A DNA stretch of 63,242 nt, the filler included, from Rhabdomonas costata (taxonomy: Eukaryota): NCBI GenBank assembly GCA_019059605.1. It is 57 parts of 57 records of this genome, joined end to end, with 100 filler letters (N's around TTAATTAATTAA, not from the genome) between each part and the next. Parts side by side here need not be neighbours in the genome. Positions count along the whole stretch, not along the records: positions 50,010 to 51,020 come from JAHMHO010033704.1; positions 51,121 to 52,131 come from JAHMHO010033705.1; positions 52,232 to 53,242 come from JAHMHO010033706.1; positions 53,343 to 54,354 come from JAHMHO010033707.1; positions 54,455 to 55,465 come from JAHMHO010033708.1; positions 55,566 to 56,576 come from JAHMHO010033709.1; positions 56,677 to 57,687 come from JAHMHO010033710.1; positions 57,788 to 58,798 come from JAHMHO010033711.1; 49 more parts are not named here. One strand, 5' to 3'. A program made the translations under genes and the position numbers. Below, piece after piece: positions 50,718 through 63,063 of this stretch. The notes beneath the pieces were generated by a model. That model saw only the letters and a program-made list of their open reading frames with translations, was not told the origin of the DNA and made no database searches. Every line of letters begins with the position of its first letter. Positions within the stretch are counted from its first letter, which is position 1.

Positions 50718-50743
50718 AAGGCAGGGGTTTAGGAGGCGATGCC
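50718..50743 (-). repeat. Repeat family C partial unit
   Basis: GCAGGGGGTTTAGGAGGCGATGC, near-identical to 60434-60455. Confidence 0.7.
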
Positions 50744-51826
50744 GGGGTTACAAGAGGGTTACAAGGGGAAGCACACGAGGTGGCGTCTGGGGGTGGGGGC
50801 GGAGCCCCCCCCCCCAGCAACATGCCACTGCCCGGGATGGGGGGGCAGTATCGTGACAATTGTCGATATTTTTTAAGCTGGGTTTTTTGAGATTCTGAGG
50901 TGTATTTTGGTTGATGGCAAGATTGCAAGATTGTTCCTTGTTGTCTGATTTACTCTACCTGCTCTACCTGCATCGCGAGGGTTCCAACCTGTTCGCCCGT
51001 TTCTTGGCTACACACACACANNNNNNNNNNNNNNNNNNNNNNNNNNNNNNNNNNNNNNNNNNNNTTAATTAATTAANNNNNNNNNNNNNNNNNNNNNNNN
51101 NNNNNNNNNNNNNNNNNNNNGTGGTGGGTGTGTTTGGTTGGGTGTGTCCCAAAGGGCCTGTGTGGAGAGGGGGGAACAGATGCCATTGGTAACGGACCGC
51201 TAAAACGTTAGCTAAATAAAACGCTTCCATGCGATCACAGAGCCCCTTGGACAGACTACGTATTTTCGCGCGAAGGGCCAGCGTCGCCGCGGCGCGGCTT
51301 GAGCCAACACCGGAGCGCCATACACGTTCCCCTGGAATTGCAACAGAAGGCCAGCACAGGTTCGGAGTAGTGCACGTAGCAATGGAGGGGGCTTCGCTTC
51401 CCTTAGGTCTGTTGCGAAGTTTTGTGCACAGCGAACGCTAATTGCCGCTCAGTGGTGAACGCTACACATGAATACTACACATGAATAGCGTTCTCTATCC
51501 ACGGGGGCAAAGCGCAACTTCAAGAGGTCGCGACAACCGTTGTTCAGGAGGGAGAAACAAACTACCGTTGTTTATCAAGAGCGGGATATAGGGAGAAAGA
51601 GGAATGGCCACGATAGGCAGCACGGCAACCACACGCAACAAGCGCGATGCACTTACGTCGGCGCACAGCGCAGCACAGGGACTTGCCAGTTGCTTGGACA
51701 GCATTCTTCATTCCTCGGCCCTCCCCACCCTTCCATCTGAAGCGCTTTCTGATCCGTGACCATATCATGGTAGATTTCTGTGACACGTCATATTATCTGT
51801 GCAGTCGAGCATCTTTCCATCTCCAG

Positions 51827-52112
51827 GGCGCACTACTTCTACCTGGTTGATTCCTTCGGAAGCCTGTATGGGGAGCAGGTCCGTGTGCTGGCCCGGAAGT
51901 ACGTTCGGAAGCTGCCCAACATGCAGATCGGGTTCCACGGCCACAACAACCAGTGCTGCGCCTTCGCCAACACTGTCGACGCGGTGATCGAGGGGGTCAA
52001 CCTGGTCGACGGCAGCATCCTGGGCCTGGGCCGCGGCGCGGGCAACACGTGCACGGAGCAGCTGCTGGTCTTCTTGAAGAACCCAAAGTACAAAGTCCGC
52101 CCTCTGCTGCAG
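51827..52112 (+). CDS. DRE-TIM metallolyase, 4-hydroxy-2-oxovalerate aldolase-like (HMGL-like)
   Basis: FYLVDSFGSLY, IGFHGHNNQ, AFANT, GLGRGAGN motifs; flanked by CTCCAG acceptor and GTCGG donor. Confidence 0.88.
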
Positions 52113-55100
52113 GTCGGACACACACACACACNNNNNNNNNNNNNNNNNNNNNNNNNNNNNNNNNNNNNNNNNNNNTTAATTAATTAANNNNNNNNNNNNN
52201 NNNNNNNNNNNNNNNNNNNNNNNNNNNNNNNGTGGTTGTGGAAATCTTTGGTTATCTCCAAAGCTCTTAAAGGTTTCTCAGCAAACGCTGGGGCTGAAAA
52301 CTATGGGGCCTTGATCTGCTACCCCCTCCGCAGTAAACACCCATCACAAAGTTTACTATTACAATGAAGAGACCGTCTCCGGTCTCCGTCCCCGGCGACC
52401 GTCTCCCAATTTTCGAGCAGGAAAAGGAGATTTCGAAAATAAATAATAGCACACAAAGTGGTAAATACAAGAAAAAATTCGGTATGCTTGGAGTGATAAT
52501 GATGAATGGCACGCAAGTAACGACATTGATGGCAATTAGGCGACGGCGCACAGTTTTTTGAAAGTAAAGACCATTTTTCTGGCTAAATTGCTTTGGGGTT
52601 CCCAGGGAAGGGGGTCGGGTGAACTTTACCAGGTTCCTATTAATGTACTGTTTTTGAAGCGCAGCGGAGTGGACTTTCTATCGTGTTTTTGGCAATAATA
52701 CAAAAAACAAAAAAATTACAAGTTCTTTCCCTTCATTCTTCAATGTAGTGTAGGTCCTTCACTTTGCACGCCACCGAAAGAGAAAGGCTCAAAGCACTCG
52801 CCCCAGCAAAGCTGTGAGGGCAGAAAGTCGCACAACAACCCACATGCAAATGAAGAAAAGCACGGGAGTTCTGAGGAAGTCCCGAAAGAAGTGCTACGTG
52901 TTCACTGCACCCGGGGTTCCGACACAGCAGCCTTTGTGCGGCGCGACTTTCTCACCATCTCAGTTGACTCGACTTCATCTTCGGGGTCAGGAACGCCTGA
53001 AAACCATACAACGAACGCCACACAGCTCGCCAAGGAGGTTTTCTTGCCAATTTGGGGGACGGTAAGGGGCTGAAAGAACAACCAGTGTAATGTGACATTT
53101 CTGGAGGAAACAGGGAACAGAGGAATCAGACAATCTCACAGCGACTTTCATCCAATTGCAGAGCTTCACTTGCCGCACCTGAGGAATCACTGTCTTCTGA
53201 ATTTCTTTTCCTCTTGGATTTCGCACCCTGGGGACAAAACCANNNNNNNNNNNNNNNNNNNNNNNNNNNNNNNNNNNNNNNNNNNNTTAATTAATTAANN
53301 NNNNNNNNNNNNNNNNNNNNNNNNNNNNNNNNNNNNNNNNNNGGGGGTTTGTGAAGGACTGTTTTTTCTCCTACCGGCCCACGGCTTTGTGGTGCTGGAT
53401 CTGGCCCCCCTCCAAACATTGAGTTTGGTTCCTTCAAAAGATGTTCCCGTAATCCCTGCACAGGTCACTCACAAATCTTGTGCAGGCATGGTCGTTTGTT
53501 TTGTTTTGCTCTGTGTTTTCGGTGAGTTGTGCAGCCCTCCAACGGTCGAGAGAGCAGTCTCACACATCGTCCTCCTTCTTCTGGATGTGTGCTGTCCGAT
53601 TCCCTCTCTGCGGTCCGCTCTGAGCTCGGCTGCTGGTCTCCCTGGGATTCCTTCCCCAACCCCTCCTTGAGGGACGTGTGTGTGTGTGTGTGTGTGTGTG
53701 CTTCCTGCTCTGCTTCGTAACTTTTGTGTTTTTACGTTGGCTCACATGAGTTGCCCCTCCCACGGAAAAACAATGGGACGGACAGCTTGCTTTGGCCTCG
53801 TGGAATGGCGTGCCTACGTTCTACGTTTTTGTTCTTGGTCCGAAGCTTTGTTCTTTTGGAGAAGCCGTTTTTTCGTGGGGGAAAGTTTTCCACCACAGCG
53901 GAACAGGAAGCGGGACTCCCTCACTTCCTCCTGGGTTTTTCAAATATGGCGTGTGGGTTAGGGCATCTGCGGAATTTCCGTTTAGGAAGGTTTCAGTTGG
54001 TTTCCGCGTCCCTAAACCAACCCCAAAAGTTTAGTTTTTCGCACAACTCCAACTCTTTGAGACGTCATGTCCAGCGCGTTTTTATTCGTTGCAAGCAGGT
54101 GCGCGCACTGCACAGGTATATCTTCGAGTCCTTTTTCCCACACTTTTTGGCATGGAAAGGCTTCGCCTCGCCAAGGGCAGCATGTTATCGCTGTTCCTGT
54201 TCCAGAGGATAAACAGAGGGCACTGTTCAGGCCGCCACTCTGTGGTCATTCTGCGGCCGCTGTGGTCCCGGCAGATTTCCCTGAGCGGCAGGTTTGTTGC
54301 AACTCTGAAACCATTTGTTGCCAACGAAGATTGCCAAAATGTCGGCGTCCAGAANNNNNNNNNNNNNNNNNNNNNNNNNNNNNNNNNNNNNNNNNNNNTT
54401 AATTAATTAANNNNNNNNNNNNNNNNNNNNNNNNNNNNNNNNNNNNNNNNNNNNCACACACACACACACACACACACGTACACACACAGAGAAGAAACAC
54501 CACCACAATGCCCTCGGCAACAGCTCAAAGGGTCAGAACAAACGAGTGTGAGAGAGATCATTCTTATTATTCTCATTCTCATTATTCTTCTTATTCTCAT
54601 TCTTTCCTCTCTTACTACCAGATGCCGTTCTTTGAAACTGCCTTTTTGGTAATTTTCCTTGAAAATTGGTAGTTAGGAGAGAGTGTATTCAAAATTCCGC
54701 GGATTTCTGACGCCGGAACCTTCCATGCTGCTTATCAGGAGAGGTGACGAGAACGGCCACCATGCTCAAAATTTTCGAGTTATGGGGTCACAGAAATATC
54801 GGTGAAGGGGTAGAGCGAAAATACCGAATTGTGGCCAATTCTGCGGCCAGCTCCTCAGTGTTTGGCACTTTGACTTCGTCGGCAACGTCGACCGAGCCTG
54901 TGCACATATGTCATGATCACAAAAACCTTCCTTCTCACTTTCCACACAAAGACTACCACCTATCACCGAGACTACCAAATCTACAAAATCTAATGGGTTA
55001 AATAAGAGATCGCCCATCCAGCAGCGTCAGTCAGAGAACCAAAGAGCAAGAGGGGGAGGGGTACATTAGACGAAAAGTCACATTTACAGCAAACCATTTG

Positions 55101-55362
55101 GAATGGGAGAGGAGTTTGAACCGCCACCAGCGCTTGGACCACCATCATAGGCGCGGACTTCTGAAGGCACCTGATCCACCCCCCGCCGCAGAAAGGACTC
55201 ATCACAACCTGCAAGTTATATGTGTTTGCGAACCCCAGGGCACAAGCAAAACGTTTCCCCCAACCCAGGAAAAGGAAGGAATTTGTATGGGACGTATGAA
55301 AGTATACAGATCTTACAAAAACGACCGGGGACACATGCATAGCCTCCTGCGAAAGCCTCGTT

Positions 55363-55460
55363 CTGGAATCCCAGGGGACACCTGCATCGCAACCTAACCC
55401 CTGCCAGTATCCCATTGGAATCCCTGGGTCAAAGCCATCGCCAGCTAACCCCCTGCAAAC
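55363..55460 (+). repeat. Repeat family C, two tandem units
   Basis: TGGAATCCCAGGGGACACCTGCATCGCAACCTAACCCCTGCC followed by a second degenerate unit. Confidence 0.8.
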
Positions 55461-58126
55461 AAACCNNNNNNNNNNNNNNNNNNNNNNNNNNNNNNNNNNN
55501 NNNNNNNNNTTAATTAATTAANNNNNNNNNNNNNNNNNNNNNNNNNNNNNNNNNNNNNNNNNNNNAGGGGGGATGGTAAAGGTAATTTTTTTCGTCAGCA
55601 CCGTGAAGGCTTCGGCAAAGCAGGCGAGGTGATTACTTCTTGCCACCGTTAAGGGGAGAAGGGGGACACACTAAAAAAGCAAAATTTTAAATACATAAGA
55701 CTAGTATTGATTTTAGACTTATTCTAGGCCCTTCTCTTTAGTTGTTAATGTTTCGCAGCCATTGTGGAAAATCCGAAAGCGCAGTGCCAATATTCCTACT
55801 AAAAGATGGCTAAATATGCATGAAAAATATAATAGCAAGAAAGTAAGAATCAATCCTACAAGGATTTTTATAGTTTTATTTTCTTATGTGCTTCTTTTCC
55901 TCACAAAATCTTCAGCAGACGACAGGGTGTTTCGGGTCCATCAATAGACAATGCAACAACTTACACTGGCAAGGAAGGAAACCTTGTGGTGGAGAATGGG
56001 TGGGGGGTCAAGTGTCATACAGGGAAACTAGAGAGAAAAACACGAGGATTTGGTGGTTTCAAGGGGGCAAAGACAGCAAACGTTCGCGGGAGACACAGGA
56101 TATCGTATGGGTAACAAATGATGGAAGAGGGAAGTGTGCTAAGTGCTGCTTGGGGTATTAAGGCAAACACGACCGGAATGACGAATGCAGTTCGCCTGTT
56201 AAGATACTTTTCAAAATCAGTGCGCTATTCACAAACCACCGGTGACCCATAAGTCCAGGTCGTCTGGCACCCTGACTCAGCTGCCTCCCCACCGGTTTCG
56301 CCAGGCCCGCCGAAACCCTGCCCCACAATACGGTGAGTGCTGAGGGGGCCCCTGGGTGTCTCGAACCTGAAGCTCTGAAAAGACGTTGGAGGAAGGCCAT
56401 GGAAGGCCCCACCCCCCGTGGTCTCCTCGACGGCCCCTGAGTGTTGGCACGTGTTGGCACCGTGCTCTGACTTCATCGCGTCGCGCCGCTTGGCGACCAT
56501 CCCGGAGTCCTGATTGAAGGACACGCAAAATTGAAGAGGGTCGACGACGCATCTACTGCAGCCGACACCCCCCAACNNNNNNNNNNNNNNNNNNNNNNNN
56601 NNNNNNNNNNNNNNNNNNNNTTAATTAATTAANNNNNNNNNNNNNNNNNNNNNNNNNNNNNNNNNNNNNNNNNNNNGGGGTGTGGTCTCTCCATTCCTGT
56701 CTGCCGCCCACATCTTGTTTTTGTACTGATTACTGCCCGCAAACTTAATGATGGTTCTGCCCGCCGCGCCAGGTCTTTGCCCTTCACCACCGCGACCTGT
56801 TTGTTTTAAGCTTCTTGTTTGCTGCTTGTGGTGCTGATGCGCGTCCACTTAACTGTGGTGAGGCAGTGCCGTGCATTATTTAGACTTAAAAAGAAATGTC
56901 CTAAACTCAGAACAAGTCAGCAGTTCCCAATTACCACCCCGATCGCCATGAAAACGGCATATGCCGCAGCTCCTACCGATATTTGCCGAGCTCCTGAACC
57001 GCCTCTAGCACGCGTTGTACGCGAAAGCAGCAACGCATGGGTAAGCATCACCAGAACGGAGAACAGCACGATGAAAGAAATCTGGTAGACCGAGATTCTG
57101 CTAGGTAACAGGACTTTATCTTTCAGTTATTCGGCTCGCATCTCCGAAGAAGCAACAAGCACTGCAAAGGCAAGCTAACTTGTAACGTCCTCGGCAGCTC
57201 CTCCATGGCAACCCTGCCTCCGAAGGTTTCAGAGGCCAAGCGTAACCACTGCAAAGGCACTAAGCGCAGCGCGGACAAGTCCAGGCAGCCCACGGCCAGC
57301 TCAGCATCCACGGGGGCGGCGCCGCTTGGGAGGCAAGTCCCCAGGGTGAGCTCCAGCCCAATAGGGACCGGGGCTCCATCAAACCCGCTTGAGCCACAGG
57401 TTAGGCCCACCCAGCGTTGCAGACAAGGATACCTTTTCATGCGCAAGGGCACCCCAGAAATGGCCCGCTCCTGAAATGGATTCTGCTCTTCGTCCAGTCT
57501 CACTGAACTTATTTTTGTTTGTTTTGCTTTAATTTATAGCTTCTGCGCAATGCTATTGCAGGACACCCAGTAGTGACACATCAACGCCGTGCGTCGAGAG
57601 TCGGATGGGTGGCAACATAGCAAGGAGGATGAAAACATAAAGAATGAAATAAAGAGGCCGCGACAAGGAATTCATACCCAAGTCGCCNNNNNNNNNNNNN
57701 NNNNNNNNNNNNNNNNNNNNNNNNNNNNNNNTTAATTAATTAANNNNNNNNNNNNNNNNNNNNNNNNNNNNNNNNNNNNNNNNNNNNTTTTTTTGGCAAC
57801 TGAGATGTTGGGTGTTTTTGGGTACACTGCCTTCTGGATGTCTCTTTCTTTCTCTGTAAATGAAGCTCGCACCAGTTTTCATGAAGCCCCTCCGTAATAG
57901 AAAAGGCAAGCAGTGTGAACAGTCTTGTGTTCTGCATGTATTTGTAGCACTGTGAGCTTCCTTGGCTGTGCTTTTCTTGTTTGCCGCAGAAGTGCTTTCC
58001 GCTGCTATTTGCGATTTGTTCTGGTTAACAGCATCACCAATTGTCCGTCAGCCTTCGTCGTCTGGAGGACTCTGCATGTTTGGGTATTTACGGGTCTGTT
58101 CTTGCATTTCCTGGCCTCCGCATCAG

Positions 58127-58376
58127 TACATCAACGACTACCTGACCCGCCTGATTGAGGTGGTGTACGCCTTCGGAGGGGACATCGTGGCCTTCGCCGG
58201 TGACGCCTTCCTGGCGCTTTGGGAGTACAGCCCTACGAGAGACAGCCAGCGGGCGCCTCTGCTTCGCGCCACGCAATGCACGTTGAACTTGCAGGAGCAA
58301 TTCAATCATTATCAAGTTCCGGGGACCTCGATGGTGCTAAAGATCCACGCAGGACTGACCTACGGGGGCTTCATGG
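58127..58376 (+). CDS. Class III adenylate/guanylate cyclase, soluble AC (ADCY10)-like first catalytic domain exon
   Basis: INDYLTRLIEVV...GGDIVAFAGDAFLALW...LKIHAGLTYG. Confidence 0.85.
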
Positions 58377-58898
58377 GTTTGCTTGCATAGAGCTTTGCCA
58401 CTGCTTTTTCTTTGCCTTACCTGTTGATTTCTGGGATCTTTTTTTTGTGATTGGGCGGGGGAGGGTGGCGCCTCGTTTTGCTTTTTCCGTGTACGTTCCT
58501 GAGGGCAATTTTGCTCTTTCCTTTTCAATTCTAGCCTGAAGTTGGATATCCTGATCCCCGCTCGAGTGATGAAATCAAAGCAATGCAGATAAATGTCTGC
58601 TGGGTTTCCCGTGAGCCGGTTGAAACCTCCGAAAAGTGCTGGTCCGAACTATTGTGGTTAGCTTTCCATCCCTCACACTCCACCTGCCTCCCCGCACCAC
58701 TTTCCGATACTGGTGGCCGCTTGCCCCAGCAGCTGCTTGCCCATTTCTTCGCGCACCCCACAGTATACCCCTTTCCCTTCTCTTTCTTAAAACAACACNN
58801 NNNNNNNNNNNNNNNNNNNNNNNNNNNNNNNNNNNNNNNNNNTTAATTAATTAANNNNNNNNNNNNNNNNNNNNNNNNNNNNNNNNNNNNNNNNNNNN

Positions 58899-59909
58899 GT
58901 TGTATAAACATTAGATTCCAATATTTATTTTTATAAAATATTTTTTTGTTACAATTACATTTTTATAAGCATATGATATTAAAATGTAATGCAAAAAAAA
59001 CCATTAAATGCGCCTAATCTTCCGCGATTTGATGTAATTACATTTGCAATTGAATATCTTCGCGCATGATATGGTTTTTGAACACATTAGATTCCAATAT
59101 TTATTTTTATAAAATATTTTTTTGTTACAATGACATTTTTATAAGCATATGATATTAAAATAAAATGTAATAAGAACCATTAAATGCGCCTAATCTTCCG
59201 CGGTTTGGTGTAATTACATATGTTATTGACAATGTCAATGTAATGTTATTGATTATGTCGATGTAATGTTATTGATTATGTTAATGTAATGTTATTTTAC
59301 AGATGTAGTTTTATTTAATATAAAATATTTCTACATTGAATTAGAACTTATAAAAATTTCATAAGTTTATTCTAAGCATAATTTTATAGCACATTTTTCA
59401 TGATATTATCTGTCGGTGCAAATTGTGCATTTCGGAGCCGATAAATTCGGTGCATATTTTTTCTTATTATAAGAAAATAATTCATCTTTATATTTTTCAT
59501 TTTATTATGTATTTGGTCTGTTATAAAATATGATTTTTTTGACATCATTTACATCTTTAGAAAATTATGTCAATATGTTATTATAGTTCAATTAACATCT
59601 TTAATAATAAAATTATGCTTTTATGCTTTTTAACTAAAGACCTAATGGTGTTTCTTAAAAACTGTAATATTTAATTAAATAAGATTAATAATAATCTTAT
59701 TTATCAAATTTATAGGAGCATAATTTTTAGCACTATTTTGCACTTTATGCTTTTCGAAAATTTTAAAATTTAAATAAGATGAAATGTAATTTGTATTTAT
59801 TAAAAAATAATTTGAAAAATCAAGACGATGATCTCGTCGACAGGAATTGTGTGTGTCGATACAAGAATTTTTAAAAAAATAATTTTCGAAATTTTTATTA
59901 AAAAAACAC
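58899..59909. other. Extremely AT-rich contig with a ~140-bp direct repeat (58908-59046, 59084-59222) and 23-bp tandem x3 (59221-59296); possibly mitochondrial
   Basis: Composition far from all other contigs; no ORF in the track; repeats seen directly. Confidence 0.5.
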
Positions 59910-60175
59910 NNNNNNNNNNNNNNNNNNNNNNNNNNNNNNNNNNNNNNNNNNNNTTAATTAATTAANNNNNNNNNNNNNNNNNNNNNNNNNNNNNNNNNNN
60001 NNNNNNNNNTTTTTGGAGAAATTAAAAAAAATAGAGACGCCGCCCCAATGATGGGTCCGCCATTTCGAAAGAAAAAAGCTTTTGTTCTTCTGTGTGTGGC
60101 AGTTCTGTTTCGTTCGTACCGTGTAATTACAGTGCTGACCCATGTTGCTGCAGAAGTGCCGTGGTCCCAGAAAAA

Positions 60176-60317
60176 ATAATAGCTATAATCGGGAATTATA
60201 GCCGAATTATATTTTAATATCGTTAATATTATCTTTTAGTTCAATCTCGTTTGTTTAATATCCGTAGTATATAATATTTAAAATATAACGGCTATAAAAC
60301 CCCATTATAGGTATTAT
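60176..60317. mobile_element. Small AT-rich MITE-like element with ~44-bp imperfect terminal inverted repeats
   Basis: 60176-60220 is an imperfect reverse complement of 60274-60317; a single similar arm lies at 7410-7436. Confidence 0.55.
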
Positions 60318-60330
60318 ACACATTATACAT

Positions 60331-60466
60331 AGAGGCGATGCACGTGTCCCCTGGGATTCCAACAGAAGTAGAAGGTTTTGAAGAGGAGATGCACGATCCA
60401 CTGGGATTCTAATAGAAGGTTTTAGAAGGTTTTGCAGGGGTTTAGGAGGCGATGCGCATGTCCCCC
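60331..60466 (-). repeat. Repeat family C, 2-3 tandem units
   Basis: GAGGCGATGCACGTGTCCCCTGGGATTCCAA is the reverse complement of the unit. Confidence 0.8.
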
Positions 60467-61764
60467 GCAGCTCTCCCACTCCCTCACGGTCCCCAGCCCC
60501 TGCTTCGTCGGAGCAAAACACGACTACCACAACGACCAATCCCACCACATTTCCAGTCCCCTATCTAAAGATACAAGCAAAAGCAAGGCATTCAAGACCC
60601 AGCCCGCGGGGGAGGACGCATTGGGTTGCCATCCAGGAAACGAAGAGGAGGGAGCTGGGAAGCACACCCACGTGCACTTGGCCACTCCCAGCTCAAAAGG
60701 ACTCATCTCTCTCTCTTTCTTGGAAGGGCTGAGGTCTCAAACACCTCCACACGGTCCTCCATCGTTTGACTTCCGGGGACACAAGCTAGCTCGCACAGAA
60801 ATTACGGGAGCAAGACACAGGGCGTGCGGGTTGCCAGGGAATGAGAGGGGAGAGAGGCGGTGGAGGGGGAGCCGCCAGCCCACTGAGAAGAGGGACTCCG
60901 CAGCCCCCCCCCCCGAACCTCCCTTAACCCGAAGATCCCGCACGCCATACACACGGGTACAAAAACACACGACTGCCGGCAGAGCTTGCCAACACAGACC
61001 ACAAAGAGAAAGATCGACTGNNNNNNNNNNNNNNNNNNNNNNNNNNNNNNNNNNNNNNNNNNNNTTAATTAATTAANNNNNNNNNNNNNNNNNNNNNNNN
61101 NNNNNNNNNNNNNNNNNNNNGTGTGGGTTGCCGCATTTGGCTTTCGTCTGTCTCCGGAAGGGAAGGGGAGGGAAGGGGAGGGGGGTCGGGGAAGTGTATT
61201 GAACAGTTTGCAAAACCCATTTGCAAAGCAACGTACATGACAACAACAGTGAAGGCAAAAAATGCTAAATGAAAGCCGCATAGCCCCCCGCAGGCACAGG
61301 AAGGAAACGAGGAAGAAGTGCTAGAAAACACCACATGAGTATAGGCGAGGGGTTCGTAGATAAAAGCAGGGGATGTGGGAACCGGAACAATGCTCTCTCT
61401 CACACCAATCCACTTGTCGCTCTTTCATTCTGATGTGTATCCTCCTGTTCCAATGAGCTTGGAGTTCAGCAGCAAAAAAAAAAAGGCGATGTAGTAATGC
61501 AAGCAAAAAGCAAATAAGAGAAGACGACAGTAGGGGAGAAGGAGAAGGAGACATAATCTTGGTCGTTATCGTCGAGAATACAAATCTCTAACCACTGAGA
61601 AGAAACTTCAACCCAACCCGACCCCGCATGAAATCTTTAATTGGAATCCCCAAGGAACAACAGGGCACAGCGGGGAACACTCTGACGGAAACCAGTGCTC
61701 CTGTTGCCAGTACCGACAAGTGACCGAAGGCAGAAAAAAAAGCTCCCGCAGTGGATGAGCGCAC

Positions 61765-61871
61765 CTGTGGTCCTCGCAGTACAGGGACATCTGCAACGGC
61801 CGCCTGCCACAACCCGCCACCGCACATTGCCGAAGCCGGGGCCCCCCCTGGCACTGGTCGCAGCACTGTCC
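61765..61871 (-). CDS. Cys-rich exon (CCDQC...CAVAGCGRRPLQMSLYCEDH), possible Zn-binding repeat
   Basis: CAG acceptor, GTGCG donor; CxxxxC-x9-CxxH spacing. Confidence 0.45.
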
Positions 61872-62963
61872 CTGAGAGGTGTGGAAAAACCAAAAGCAGG
61901 GGGACAAGTCGAGTCACCACAGTCAAGTGACAGCACAGAAGGGAACAGAGAAAAGGTGAAGGGGGGGAGCCGATTCGCATCAGTAGAGATATTGACAGGT
62001 TGAGGTTTCAGGGGAAAGGTGCTAGACCAGCGGATATATGCACATTTGATGTCGACGACCTCCACCTTTGCTCTTTTTTCTCGTCTTGTGTGCAAGAGTT
62101 TGGCAAGAGAGCAATCCCCACAAAAAAAAAGNNNNNNNNNNNNNNNNNNNNNNNNNNNNNNNNNNNNNNNNNNNNTTAATTAATTAANNNNNNNNNNNNN
62201 NNNNNNNNNNNNNNNNNNNNNNNNNNNNNNNGGTGTTTTTGCGGGGACTGCTTCTCATTCTCTGAGCGTCGATAATATCCATTGGTGCCCAGTCAGTTTC
62301 CGAATACAACCCGCGAAATACAGGATTGGTTCCGCAAAGCAATTTACAACAAAATCACAAGGGGAAGAGGGAGAAAACAGGGCGTCAGAAGGAGGGTGAA
62401 GTACCACAGGGGGAGGGGAAGATAAGGATAAGGGAATAAACGAGTGTGAGGAAGTGTGCAGAAAAACAGACGGAGGGTGGGCGAAAAAATGAGAAGAGCA
62501 TGACCGGTGGAAGAGGGAGCGGGGCCAAGACCAATACACAAAATGCAGTGTCTGGCCATCAGAAGGTTTTAAGGGAAGGCGAGAGAGAGCCAAGAACATC
62601 ACTCAAACTTTTCTTTCAAAGTTTACAACATACAAACAAAAGTTTACAACATAACAAATTGTTCAATGTTCAAAGTCCGCCGCAGATAACAGCAGCGCAG
62701 AAAGTTTGAGGAGAGGAGTACAGGAGAATAAGGGAGAGCAGCACAATTTGAGGGGAGCCAGTGGGGCAGGCGGCTATCAGAAAAACGAGCCGCAACGCAG
62801 AGCTTTAACCTGAAGCGGTCCAGATATCAGCGGTTGAACAATCAGTGCAGAGAGAGAGAGAGCGGGCGGTGTTGACACTGCACGGAACTTGTGTAATACC
62901 CCAAGATCCTGGTTTCACGTGACAGATGCCACAGCACACAGCACACAGCAGCCCATTGCACAC

Positions 62964-63063
62964 CTCTTTCCTGGTCAACCTCGGACAATGAAAACCCTGC
63001 GATCAAGGCGGTGTACGCCTCCGCAGTGGGAGCTATTCCGGTATGCACCATCCTCCGGAAAAT
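62964..63063 (-). CDS. Pentatricopeptide repeat (PPR) protein exon
   Basis: IFRRMVHTGIAPTAEAYTALIAGF matches PPR consensus FxxMxxxGxxPxxxxYxxLIxG; AG/GT borders. Confidence 0.8.

Noticed and set aside
56480-56540. CVSFNQDSG resembling the WIPI/Atg18 FNQD motif
   Set aside because: Following residues do not fit; FNQ probably overlaps an intron acceptor.
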